Source: Candidatus Woesearchaeota archaeon
Lineage (GTDB): Archaea > Nanobdellota > Nanobdellia > Pacearchaeales > GW2011-AR1
DNA length: 48,279 nucleotides
Direction: 5' to 3'
NCBI GenBank assembly: GCA_964604715.1
Contig: CAZRZR010000002.1
Span: 1 to 48,279, forward strand
In this document: positions 16,012-24,483 of the stretch, piece by piece
Numbering within the stretch: the stretch's first letter is position 1
How the letters are laid out: the number at the start of each line of letters is the position of its first letter
Notes under the pieces: model-generated
Told to the model about the DNA's origin: nothing
The model's input: only the letters and a program-made list of their open reading frames with translations
Database searches by the model: none
Translations under genes and position numbers: made by a program

Positions 16012-18636
16012 TTAACTAAGTACTGGTGTCACGCTTGTAGCGGTTGATCCGGTATATTTCTTACCAGTCATCGTGTCAATCGTGTTAGACTTAAGAGCGT
16101 TAGCAGCATTCGTTGTGTCTTCAGCATTGTAGCCGGCGACAAGTAAAGCAATTTTACTTGAACTCCAAGGCGATGCAAAGCTTTGAATAACGTACGAACC
16201 AGCATTTACTCCGGTCTTAGCAGAGAAGTCTGCACCGCAAAGCGGTGAAGAGCTACCAAGTAATTTAGATGCAGCTGTATTAATACAACTACCTCCAAGA
16301 ACTACTAGGTTCTTACTGCTCACACTGGATACTTCGCTGTCTTTAACAACAATATTTCCAAGTACTCCGCCATTGCCATTGCTGACACTAGCTTCGCCTT
16401 CTGAAACATACACTTTCGCTTGAACTTGTTCATCAGGATAGCTGATGGTTGCTGTCTTCTGGTCACTTTCAGCATTATCAAGGGTCACTAATGATCCACG
16501 ATATGTGAGTAACTGAGACAAGTCATCATTGCTTTCCATAGTGATAAAGCTATTCGATAGTGCAGACGTACTTCTTACCGTATTAACTCCAAGTCCATCT
16601 GTAGATGTACCTGCGCCTTCTAGAGTTATAATCATAGCAGGCCAGTTGTTATTACGGTCTTCTTCCTCTTCAAATACAACAAGTGCAGGGGAAACGATGT
16701 TACCTCCGTCTACTGGATTTACCAAGTAGATTGTTGTAGTTGCAGGACCTGCATACGTAAAGTTGTAAGTAAGTGCACCTGCCGAAGCAGTAGTTGCATT
16801 AACTAACGCGTTTACTTGAGTTCCACCGACGGTAAAGTTAATACCGTTTGCAGAAACTGCAGTCGCAACCGAACTAGCATAGTCATCCCCGTCAGGGAAC
16901 AAGAAGCTAGATACGTTCTGATAGGTTGTACCAAGGAAGTTTGTTAAGTTGACAGTTAAAGGTTCGTAGAATGCTACTTTAGCACCCTTTGAAGTTTCAA
17001 TTGTTGGATAAGCAACTAGGCCGTTACTTGAGCTGTCTGGATAGTTCAATCGAACAAGGATGTTATCATTGTCTCCTGAAGCACCGACATACGTAACTGT
17101 ATAGGTTCGTCCACCAACTGTAAGTGTACCCGTACCATCAGCAGTGATAGTAGTGTGATACTCTTTCGAGGTATCGAACACATCTCGGAATACAACTTCG
17201 TCATCCGAATAACCATTACCTGATGTACTGTTTGTTACGGTCTTCAGTTCGAGAAGATACCCCTCGTCCTGATTTCCTACAGTAACGTACATAGATCGGT
17301 TAAGCGGAGCGCCTTCAACAACCTTGATAAGGTCTCTTCCTTGATCACCATGAGCAAGTCTTATAGTTTGCGATTGGTTATTTACAAACTCCATGGCTTT
17401 CTCATTATTTCGATGGTCAGTGAATTCGACTCTCATTCGGTCATCACCTGAATTATCAACTTTAATCATGTCTCTAGATGTTGAGTCTAGATTCTCGTTC
17501 AAAGCTGAAAAGTCAATCTTGAAGCTTCCCCAGACTGGGTCTAAGAAAGTCCCTCCTGCTGCAACAGCGTCTGTATCGCTATCATCAGCATATGTCTGGA
17601 TACGAATTTGTGTTAAAGCGCCGACAGTTCCAATTAAGTCTACTGTAGATCCTTCGATATTATCTTCGTTAGCACCATATTTGACATTTTGTCCATCTTG
17701 AAGGACAATTTTGTTACTTCCAACAGTTACTTCAGCAGTAACAGAACCGAGAGCCTCGGATTCGTCAGCAGAAGTGACTGCGACTTCAACTCCATTTACC
17801 TTTTTGGATTGATCTTCATCAATCTCTTTGCTTTCAACTTTTCCTGAGCTATCAGTAACGCGAAGTGTCGCGCTAGAATCTGATCCAGAAACAAGTTCTA
17901 CGGTATATGTGTTTCCATCTACAGTAACGGTCTTTGATGGGGCAGGCGTACTTCCTCCTAGGGACAAGACAAACTTTTCAGAAGATTTGTAAAGTACAAT
18001 CTCTGAACTTGTTGAGTCTGAACCTACGGTCCACTCTTTTCCGAAAAGGTTAAGAGTTTCTCCTTGTGAGTCAGCATTCGTAAGATTAATTGCGCGATCA
18101 AATACTATAGTGCTATTATACACCGTATTTGATGAAGAAGTACCAAGACGTATGTAGACTTGTGGATCGTTGTCAGTTGTTGGTTCTTTACCGAACAAGA
18201 CTCGTCCATAGCTACTAAGATCAATAGTCTGGGTATAATCAGCATCTACATCTCCTGAGAAGCTACCGTCTGCAAGAACAGATGGAAGATCATCAGCAGT
18301 GATAGAAGCTCGTGCTGCATTAATCGAATCGTTTAGATAAAGTTCTGTGGAGCTAGTAAAGAGCGGGAAAACATCACCAGTCGTAGTTGTGGTACTTGTG
18401 GTTGTTGATGAACTTCCTCCTTGGGAAACAAAAGCTGTTCCAAGGTCTGCGCTCAATGCAGTAGCTGCAGACATATCACTAGTAGCGGCACTTTGTCCTA
18501 CTACTATTGCTACATCAGCCTTACCATTCTGTACGAATGGAGCAGGGTAGTTTGCGGCAGCAGCCAAAGCTACTGTAGAAACTCCTAGCAATAAGGATGA
18601 AGCAGCAGACGCGATTTTTCTAAAATTAAATTTCAT
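16012..18636 (-). CDS. putative S-layer / major surface glycoprotein (paralog 1)
   Basis: Signal peptide MKFNFRKIASAASSLLLGVSTVALAAAANYPAPFV. There is a Thr tract TTTSTTTTTG, many N-x-S/T sequons and almost no Cys. GGAGG lies 9 nt before the ATG at 18636 (the track used TTG at 18645). It has a long structured leader and a strong T-tract terminator, and is a paralog of 46574..48279. Confidence 0.7.
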   Translation of the reverse strand: MKFNFRKIASAASSLLLGVSTVALAAAANYPAPFVQNGKADVAIVVGQSAATSDMSAATALSADLGTAFVSQGGSSSTTTSTTTTTGDVFPLFTSSTELYLNDSINAARASITADDLPSVLADGSFSGDVDADYTQTIDLSSYGRVLFGKEPTTDNDPQVYIRLGTSSSNTVYNSTIVFDRAINLTNADSQGETLNLFGKEWTVGSDSTSSEIVLYKSSEKFVLSLGGSTPAPSKTVTVDGNTYTVELVSGSDSSATLRVTDSSGKVESKEIDEDQSKKVNGVEVAVTSADESEALGSVTAEVTVGSNKIVLQDGQNVKYGANEDNIEGSTVDLIGTVGALTQIRIQTYADDSDTDAVAAGGTFLDPVWGSFKIDFSALNENLDSTSRDMIKVDNSGDDRMRVEFTDHRNNEKAMEFVNNQSQTIRLAHGDQGRDLIKVVEGAPLNRSMYVTVGNQDEGYLLELKTVTNSTSGNGYSDDEVVFRDVFDTSKEYHTTITADGTGTLTVGGRTYTVTYVGASGDNDNILVRLNYPDSSSNGLVAYPTIETSKGAKVAFYEPLTVNLTNFLGTTYQNVSSFLFPDGDDYASSVATAVSANGINFTVGGTQVNALVNATTASAGALTYNFTYAGPATTTIYLVNPVDGGNIVSPALVVFEEEEDRNNNWPAMIITLEGAGTSTDGLGVNTVRSTSALSNSFITMESNDDLSQLLTYRGSLVTLDNAESDQKTATISYPDEQVQAKVYVSEGEASVSNGNGGVLGNIVVKDSEVSSVSSKNLVVLGGSCINTAASKLLGSSSPLCGADFSAKTGVNAGSYVIQSFASPWSSSKIALLVAGYNAEDTTNAANALKSNTIDTMTGKKYTGSTATSVTPVLS

Positions 18637-18645
18637 TTTTTTCAA

Positions 18646-18777
18646 CCTCCTTTCAGCTTTGTACGCTTGACAGTTCCGAAGAACTCCTCTTAGAGGGAGT
18701 TGCGATGCAACCCGTCCGCCGTGAGAATATCACAGCAACGTGTCGTGTAGACACGTGGTACTCTGCTTTACAGAGTA
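18646..18777 (-). promoter_or_regulatory. long, highly structured 5' UTR of the S-layer gene
   Basis: Five hairpins: TACTCTG-CTTTA-CAGAGTA (18759-18777); ACGTGTC-GTGTA-GACACGT (18738-18756); GTTGC-GAT-GCAAC (18699-18711); AACTCC...GGAGTT (18682-18701); AGTTC-CGAA-GAACT (18672-18685, a UUCG tetraloop on the mRNA). The GGAGG SD is at 18646-18650. Confidence 0.5.
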
Positions 18778-18795
18778 ATACCTTTTCTCATTTAG

Positions 18796-18808
18796 GCTTT
18801 AAAAAGTT
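18796..18808 (-). promoter_or_regulatory. TATA box of S-layer gene
   Basis: The minus strand reads CTTTTTAAAGCC. This predicts a TSS near 18775 and a leader of about 130-140 nt. Confidence 0.4.
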
Positions 18809-19019
18809 TTCTATAGTGGCCTATCTTCAACCCTAATTTGTCTTCGAAAGCCTTATTTTGCTTTATAAACCTTATGTCGTTACTACTGTTAGTGACAATT
18901 ATTTCCGCACCAGACGAGTATAGGAATATCATATATCTGGTATTTACAGTAGTATATGGGTCAACAAAACATATATAAACATAAGATCTATTATTCTTAT
19001 ATAGATAAATATAACCTCT

Positions 19020-19379
19020 ATGGCATCAAAGACTAAAACACGCGAGATAACTCTGGTAGATGAGAAAGGCACATTCTCTTTATTGTTCAAAAGACTATAT
19101 GGGGAAAAAGAAGAGCTTAATTTCGAAGGTTTAGCGGCTCTTCGTGCCGTTCTTTCCAATGAAAAGGCGAGAATTATGCACACCATCAAAACCAAAAACC
19201 CTCTTTCAATATATCATCTTGCAAAATTGCTCGGAAGAGATTTTAAATCAGTAAATGAAGACATTAAGTTATTGCAGCGTTTTGGATTCATTGAATTAGT
19301 TTCTGAAAAAACGGGGAAAAGACAACGCTTGAGACCTTTACTGAGCGTAGAGTCCATAAAGATAGAAATTAAGGTTTAA
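19020..19379 (+). CDS. winged-helix transcriptional regulator (HVO_A0114/antitoxin-like HTH family, tentative)
   Basis: 119 aa. LRAVLSNEKARIMHTIKTKNPLSIYHLAKLLGRDFKSVNEDIKLLQRFGFIELV...GKRQRLRP is a wHTH with a C-terminal beta hairpin. Its stop overlaps the stop of the convergent pilin-like gene by 4 nt. Confidence 0.65.
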   Translation: MASKTKTREITLVDEKGTFSLLFKRLYGEKEELNFEGLAALRAVLSNEKARIMHTIKTKNPLSIYHLAKLLGRDFKSVNEDIKLLQRFGFIELVSEKTGKRQRLRPLLSVESIKIEIKV

Positions 19380-19885
19380 GAGCATACTTCTAGTGTGGTG
19401 TGAATAGTGCCGCCCTCAGAAGGCTGAAGCTCACTAGCGCCCCGTAAGGTGCGTCCAGAGGTACAATTTCCATAACTAAAGGCCAGAATAGGCATCCTCT
19501 CAGTACTTCCATTATAAGGCCAGTAAGAAGAGCTAAAATTATATCCTACAAGAGGCCTATCTTGCCCTATATTCAACCCTTGTTTAATAAGCAAGGGTAA
19601 TGTTTCATTAAGAATTTGACAGGCTGATCTTTGATCTACACACGTACTTCCCTCTCTACATTCATTAAACAACTCCTTAACTCTTGCATGTTCTTGTGTT
19701 CTAAGACTACAATCTGTAGTATATTCTAGGGAACTTGCAAGGAATTGTTGTACTGTAACGCTCTTTCGAGTCTCAGGTGTAGAGTGTAGATTGAATGCGA
19801 GAAAAATAAGCATGACAATTGCAAGAAGTATCACTATAACTACAAATCCTACTATCTCTTCTTGTCCCTTTTTCATCGGTTTCAT
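19376..19885 (-). CDS. type IV pilin-like protein (class III signal peptide), P4
   Basis: The N-terminus MKPMKKGQEEIVGFVVIVILLAIVMLIF has a basic-Gly site then a hydrophobic helix. It has 6 Cys in the globular part. ATGA overlap with the upstream gene. Confidence 0.7.
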   Translation of the reverse strand: MKPMKKGQEEIVGFVVIVILLAIVMLIFLAFNLHSTPETRKSVTVQQFLASSLEYTTDCSLRTQEHARVKELFNECREGSTCVDQRSACQILNETLPLLIKQGLNIGQDRPLVGYNFSSSYWPYNGSTERMPILAFSYGNCTSGRTLRGASELQPSEGGTIHTTLEVCS

Positions 19886-20403
19886 GCCGAGTTTACTCCC
19901 ATAACAATCTTTCCTAACTCGCAGTGCGTCTCAGAGTAAATAGAATCAAATCTACATAAAGCAACGAACGCTTCTTCACTAGTATAATTGCTTTTTTTAT
20001 TTATCAGAGTTATTGTGTTACACGAAGGGTAATTTGCCCGAGTACATTCAATAGTCTTGTTATCAGAAGGATATACTTTCTTTATTTGTAGCTTTCCGAT
20101 GTTGTTCCCCCAAAATCCAGTGTAGCTTGTAATGTTTTTCAGGGCAAACACTTTATCTTCATCAACACAGCTTGCACAATCATCAACCGTCCAAGCAAAC
20201 TCAGGAGAGGCAGACATTTTTCTAACGAGTTCTTGGGCTTGCTCGTGACGTATGTCTGTTGCTGCAGACTTCAGTGAATTCAATTTGAAAGAAAAATAAA
20301 AAAGCGCCGCAAGTCCAAAAAGGAGTATAAATGCTACAAGTACAAAAGCCATCTGCTGTATCTTTAGCTGTCCTTTAGAAGAGCGGGCAAATAAGTTTTT
20401 CAT
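19882..20403 (-). CDS. type IV pilin-like protein (class III signal peptide), P3
   Basis: N-terminus MKNLFARSSKGQLKIQQMAFVLVAFILLFGLAALFYF. Cys-containing head domain. Overlaps the upstream gene by 29 nt. Confidence 0.65.
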   Translation of the reverse strand: MKNLFARSSKGQLKIQQMAFVLVAFILLFGLAALFYFSFKLNSLKSAATDIRHEQAQELVRKMSASPEFAWTVDDCASCVDEDKVFALKNITSYTGFWGNNIGKLQIKKVYPSDNKTIECTRANYPSCNTITLINKKSNYTSEEAFVALCRFDSIYSETHCELGKIVMGVNSA

Positions 20404-21304
20404 TTTGATTGGAAAGTTGTTCGGACTCTACGACGAGTGAACTCAATGCGATTCGATTATCTTTTAGATGAGCTGAGTAGGCTTGCAGTTCCGAAGCCAT
20501 GTTAGAAGAGCATCCTTGAGCCGAAAGGGCATTAGTTTTCCCAATATAGACTGATGCAAGTTCGTTAGCACGCTTTCTTAACCGAGTAAGTTGACAGTTG
20601 TATATATCAGGATCCGAGAAAATAGCAGAGTAGAGTAAAGGGCCGTAGTAATCTAAATTTTTCCTTTGGAGAGTGACTTTTCCAGACAAATCACTATTTT
20701 GAGAAACACTGACATTGCAACCAGTCCCAGAAAAACATACGCTTATGCTATCTTTCTTGCAACCAGTCTTGGTTTGACTAGTGCTAATAAGAGGCACGTT
20801 CCATGAGGCAATATCTGAAGCAACATCCTCAGGAGGTTGTACAAAACAATAGTCCTTATCTATGACAATAATCATATCTCCTATTTTATAAGGTAAATTA
20901 ACTGGCTGGACAATAAGATAAAATGCCTGTCCTTGAACTGTTTCTTGAGAGAAAATATACTTATTTGAAAAGCTTGCCGGAGTGCCTGCATCATTCCACG
21001 TTTTTCCAAACGAATTGCGGACGCTAACTTGTAATTGTTGTAAACCAAAAGTGCCTTCTACATTACATATATTCCTCAATCGCGTTTCATCGGGAAATAC
21101 TAGAGGGTATGTTTTACTCGTTTCTAGATTAGTTTCTACAGGATTAAGAATAACCCCCAATTGGGCTGCGACTTTAGTATTATACTCGCGTGAGCTTGTA
21201 TCAACAAGTTGCGTAGCGGTATAAACAGCAAGCGATATTATTGCTATACCTACAAACAAAGCAAAAATCCATGCAAAACTAAACTCAAATCCTTTGTGGT
21301 TCAT
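20375..21304 (-). CDS. type IV pilin-like protein (class III signal peptide), P2
   Basis: N-terminus MNHKGFEFSFAWIFALFVGIAIISLAVYTA. 309 aa with several Cys. ATGA overlap with the upstream gene. Confidence 0.7.
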   Translation of the reverse strand: MNHKGFEFSFAWIFALFVGIAIISLAVYTATQLVDTSSREYNTKVAAQLGVILNPVETNLETSKTYPLVFPDETRLRNICNVEGTFGLQQLQVSVRNSFGKTWNDAGTPASFSNKYIFSQETVQGQAFYLIVQPVNLPYKIGDMIIVIDKDYCFVQPPEDVASDIASWNVPLISTSQTKTGCKKDSISVCFSGTGCNVSVSQNSDLSGKVTLQRKNLDYYGPLLYSAIFSDPDIYNCQLTRLRKRANELASVYIGKTNALSAQGCSSNMASELQAYSAHLKDNRIALSSLVVESEQLSNQNEKLICPLF

Positions 21305-21777
21305 AGAGGTTTTAATAGCACGAGGCTATCTTCGCTGTTCTTCTCAAGCGAAACTGTTGCCTTGCCCTTACTTGTTTTTATGCAAAAGAACGTCGAAAAG
21401 CGCACGTGCTTAAGATTAGCATATTTGACACTACAAGAGGAAGGGGAAATATAATAGAAGAGATTTGCATCTCTTCCTTCATACCTTTTCAGGATATTAT
21501 ATTCTGGTTTATTCTTTGCCTGTGTTACATCGCCCATACAAATTTCATCCACTGATCCAGGAATAACTCCCGTAAATGTATCGTGCACGCTGTCAGAATT
21601 CCATGCATCGTCTATCTTGACCTGTAAATCTCTTGCATATAAACCTAATTCAGTGCATTGCTTGAGTTGTAAAAAATACCTTATTGCATACACTGCCGTT
21701 CCGAGTATTGCAGCAATAATAATAATCGAGAGTATCATTCCAAAAGAGAGCGATATATCTCCTTTTTTTCTCATCAT
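21301..21777 (-). CDS. type IV pilin-like protein (class III signal peptide), P1
   Basis: The N-terminus MMRKKGDISLSFGMILSIIIIAAILGTAVYA resembles the archaeal pilin QxSxExxxL-type motif region. It starts 3 nt after the stop of the 884-aa gene. Confidence 0.7.
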   Translation of the reverse strand: MMRKKGDISLSFGMILSIIIIAAILGTAVYAIRYFLQLKQCTELGLYARDLQVKIDDAWNSDSVHDTFTGVIPGSVDEICMGDVTQAKNKPEYNILKRYEGRDANLFYYISPSSCSVKYANLKHVRFSTFFCIKTSKGKATVSLEKNSEDSLVLLKPL

Positions 21778-21780
21778 CGT

Positions 21781-24435
21781 TTAGGTAAGCGTGGATGCTC
21801 CCACGACAATTGAACATGCATTAGGGCTTGGTTCGTTACCCCAGTCATCTCTACACTTAATGAAATAGCTTTGTTGTGGTTTCCAAGGTGTAGCGTGAAC
21901 GCCTCGCTCTTGCGAATTCAAAAGAAGCATATTAATTCCTTCTTCAAATACAAAATTACAGCTTGAAAGCGAATAAGAGCACTGAGCGTCTTCATTTGTT
22001 ACTAGCTTTAGTGCATCAGATTCTTTATACACACGAGTTACTTGAGGTGCAGATCTATCGGTTAATATTGTGAACGAGGTGTTCTTTTGATCAAGGTTTC
22101 CTCCTGCATCAATACATCTGAAGAAATACGTATAACTTCCACTAGGCAGGCTCAAGATTTGTTTGTGCTTCCAATCATTAGTTTCAAACATAGTAACATA
22201 ATCTCCTTCTTTTCCGGTCGGGCTAAAGTAACAGGTCGCCTTCCCTTCGTCTGCACCATCGTCAGTAGTCGCCGTAAGGTTAACTTGAACGATGGAGGTG
22301 CTCCCAGTAATTGTGCTATTAGGGCCAACTGCGAGTATAGAAAGGCTTTGTGTACCTTTGAGAGTAAATGCATAACTTTCCTGATTGGTATTTCTCTCGT
22401 TTTCAGGTTTTAATGGCTGATCTTTACAACGGAAGAAGAAAGCATTGTCTTCCTTGTCCTTTATGCCTCCAAGTGTCGTCGTACATGGATATAGTTGCTG
22501 TGCATTCTGTTGGTAGACGTGAGATGAACAGCTCATGTTATTTTCCATCAGGTCAAATCCCTTGTCTTGTTTGCTCCATTTACATTCAGAAGGTTCGTTT
22601 ACAAATAACGACAATGTGGTATTTTGTACACCAAACGTAACTGCGCTTCCTGAAGTTATTGATGTGCTCTCAATAACAGGAGGCGTACTATCTGGGCTCT
22701 TATCCACGCACATATTGAATACAAACTCATCTTCATTTACATTTCCATTTGCGTCACGACATCGTACATAGAAGTTGTACAATCCTTCAGAAGGTAATTC
22801 AGGAGATTCAGCAGTCACAGAATCGGGAGAAGGCAACCTTAATTTTTCAGTATGATTGTAAGCAAACAAATTGCTTTCTCCAAAGTAGAACTGCATTTCA
22901 TCAAATGTTTTGTTGCTTATAATATCTATTTTACATTGCGAAGGCTCATCTGTCCTCAAACCAAACTCTAATGCAGTGAATGGCTGTATACATCCGTCAG
23001 TAGATTGAGAATATTTTATTTGTGTTCCTCGCGAAGGTGGTCTGCCGCGCATATCCGTGTACACGTGTTTCTCAGTCAGCACTTCTTTCCAGGGAGTTAT
23101 CAATGGGGACTTGACGTCGTTTCGCGCAATCCAAACACAACGTTCTTGAGTCGTACCTTTATTGACAATATCACATGCTTGTCCTAAAGACTTACATCGA
23201 TACTCTGAACATGGCTTAAGAGGATCTTGATTACATCTCTCACAATCAGCTCCTCCAAGTGGTGCTTCCCAAGGCAAACATTGCAATGTAACTACTTTCT
23301 GTTTTTCTTTCTTGTATAAAAGAATAAACACGACTGCAGCTATACCAACACCAATTAATGCTGCCTGAGGCCCAGTAAGTGTCTGCGTCCATATTCTTTG
23401 ATTTCCTAAGGTGCCTGCACCTTTTCCAAACAATCCATAAATTGCCTGTCCGCCCATAATGCCTGCAAATGCTGCTGCACTTATCGCATTTGTCAGTTTA
23501 GAATCTCCCCCAAACAATGGAACAAGTAATTGTACTGCTCCCACAACAAGAAGAGACCACGTCAGCCCATCAGCTAAATGCCCCAAGAAAAATCCGGGAA
23601 CGTCAATTAATCCGAATAAGCTTCCTTGATATTCGCTTGTACCAACTGCTGATTTTATTAATGCCCCACTTTTCGTATCATAAACTTCCAAGGCCTTTCC
23701 ATCCTTGTCAAGCAGCGTCGTAGTGGTATCCGTTACTCTTACGTCAGCAACATTTTCAAAACCTGGCTTGCCTTGGATATCCTTCAAACTTTTTATGCTA
23801 CTTAAAGCCGGAGCTTCCTGGCCGAAGTGTGCATATTGGTAATCAGAAACTTGCGTCTTAGGAACATAATTAAGATCTCCGCCCTCTAGAGCTTTCTGAG
23901 CAGTGGCTTTATCTACAGGATAGAGGGTTCCTTTGGAATCTATAAGTCCAGCATCGGTATATTTTAACGTTGTACCGGTTGGAATTGTTGATGATCCCAC
24001 TTGAAGAGGTTTAGTTGTACTATACATATTTGTTGCACTATTAGGCGGGATAGGTCTTTTTGTAGAAAGAAGAGATGCTGCTTGAACTAAACCTCCGGCA
24101 GCCCCAACAGGATTAGTTTGTGGAGGAGGAGCAGTTCCAGAAACACTTGGCGCTTGCGATTGAGCAGAAATTGATTTCTGCGCTGCTTCTCGAGAGGTAA
24201 AGAATTTTCCACTTTGCAACTGTGCATCACTTGGCGTACCGCCAATATGTTCTGCGACATAAGGTTCTCCAGTAGTAGGGTCTGTTGTAGTGAAATAATA
24301 ATGTGTAGTATCGGCAGCAGAAACAATATTTGTTTGTCCAATAATAAATGAGATTGCTATAGTCGAAAGAACAATTAGGAAAATTTCACTTAATGCAGCG
24401 GAACGTAACACGTTTGAACCCTCTTTCGACATCAT
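21781..24435 (-). CDS. large modular surface/membrane protein G2 (Cys-free N-domain, Gly/Ala-rich TM block, four Cys-pair beta modules)
   Basis: 884 aa. The N-terminal anchor is RSAALSEIFLIVLSTIAISFIIG. The central hydrophobic Gly-rich block runs LLVVGAVQLLVPLFGG...AAAFAGIMGGQAIYGLFGKGAG...ALIGVGIAAVVFILLY. The C-terminal 520 aa are collinear with the C-terminus of 28343..32182 (TLQCLPWEAPLGGADCERC...FYVRCRDANGN...FFFRCKD...YFFRCIDAGGN...YFIKCRDDWGN). It has its own TATA, TTTATAAAT at 24454-24462. Confidence 0.8.
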   Translation of the reverse strand: MMSKEGSNVLRSAALSEIFLIVLSTIAISFIIGQTNIVSAADTTHYYFTTTDPTTGEPYVAEHIGGTPSDAQLQSGKFFTSREAAQKSISAQSQAPSVSGTAPPPQTNPVGAAGGLVQAASLLSTKRPIPPNSATNMYSTTKPLQVGSSTIPTGTTLKYTDAGLIDSKGTLYPVDKATAQKALEGGDLNYVPKTQVSDYQYAHFGQEAPALSSIKSLKDIQGKPGFENVADVRVTDTTTTLLDKDGKALEVYDTKSGALIKSAVGTSEYQGSLFGLIDVPGFFLGHLADGLTWSLLVVGAVQLLVPLFGGDSKLTNAISAAAFAGIMGGQAIYGLFGKGAGTLGNQRIWTQTLTGPQAALIGVGIAAVVFILLYKKEKQKVVTLQCLPWEAPLGGADCERCNQDPLKPCSEYRCKSLGQACDIVNKGTTQERCVWIARNDVKSPLITPWKEVLTEKHVYTDMRGRPPSRGTQIKYSQSTDGCIQPFTALEFGLRTDEPSQCKIDIISNKTFDEMQFYFGESNLFAYNHTEKLRLPSPDSVTAESPELPSEGLYNFYVRCRDANGNVNEDEFVFNMCVDKSPDSTPPVIESTSITSGSAVTFGVQNTTLSLFVNEPSECKWSKQDKGFDLMENNMSCSSHVYQQNAQQLYPCTTTLGGIKDKEDNAFFFRCKDQPLKPENERNTNQESYAFTLKGTQSLSILAVGPNSTITGSTSIVQVNLTATTDDGADEGKATCYFSPTGKEGDYVTMFETNDWKHKQILSLPSGSYTYFFRCIDAGGNLDQKNTSFTILTDRSAPQVTRVYKESDALKLVTNEDAQCSYSLSSCNFVFEEGINMLLLNSQERGVHATPWKPQQSYFIKCRDDWGNEPSPNACSIVVGASTLT

Positions 24436-24483
24436 TTAGTGAACAAATCTTTGTTTATAAATATTCTCGGTATCTATTCGTCG

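Noticed and set aside
18840-19019. Possible small gene or ncRNA in the 375-bp gap between the S-layer gene and the wHTH gene.
   Set aside because: Only trivial ORFs are present (7 codons or fewer). Beyond the S-layer leader, the region is AT-rich with TATA-like boxes and no convincing conserved-looking structure. It is left unannotated.
22087-24341. Many 60-110-aa ORFs on both strands inside G2, G1 and C1. Examples: 22087..22413, 22152..22373, 24087..24341, 28886..29239, 29892..30098, 30570..30926, 26246..26482.
   Set aside because: All are nested in long, paralog-supported reading frames and have shadow-frame composition.
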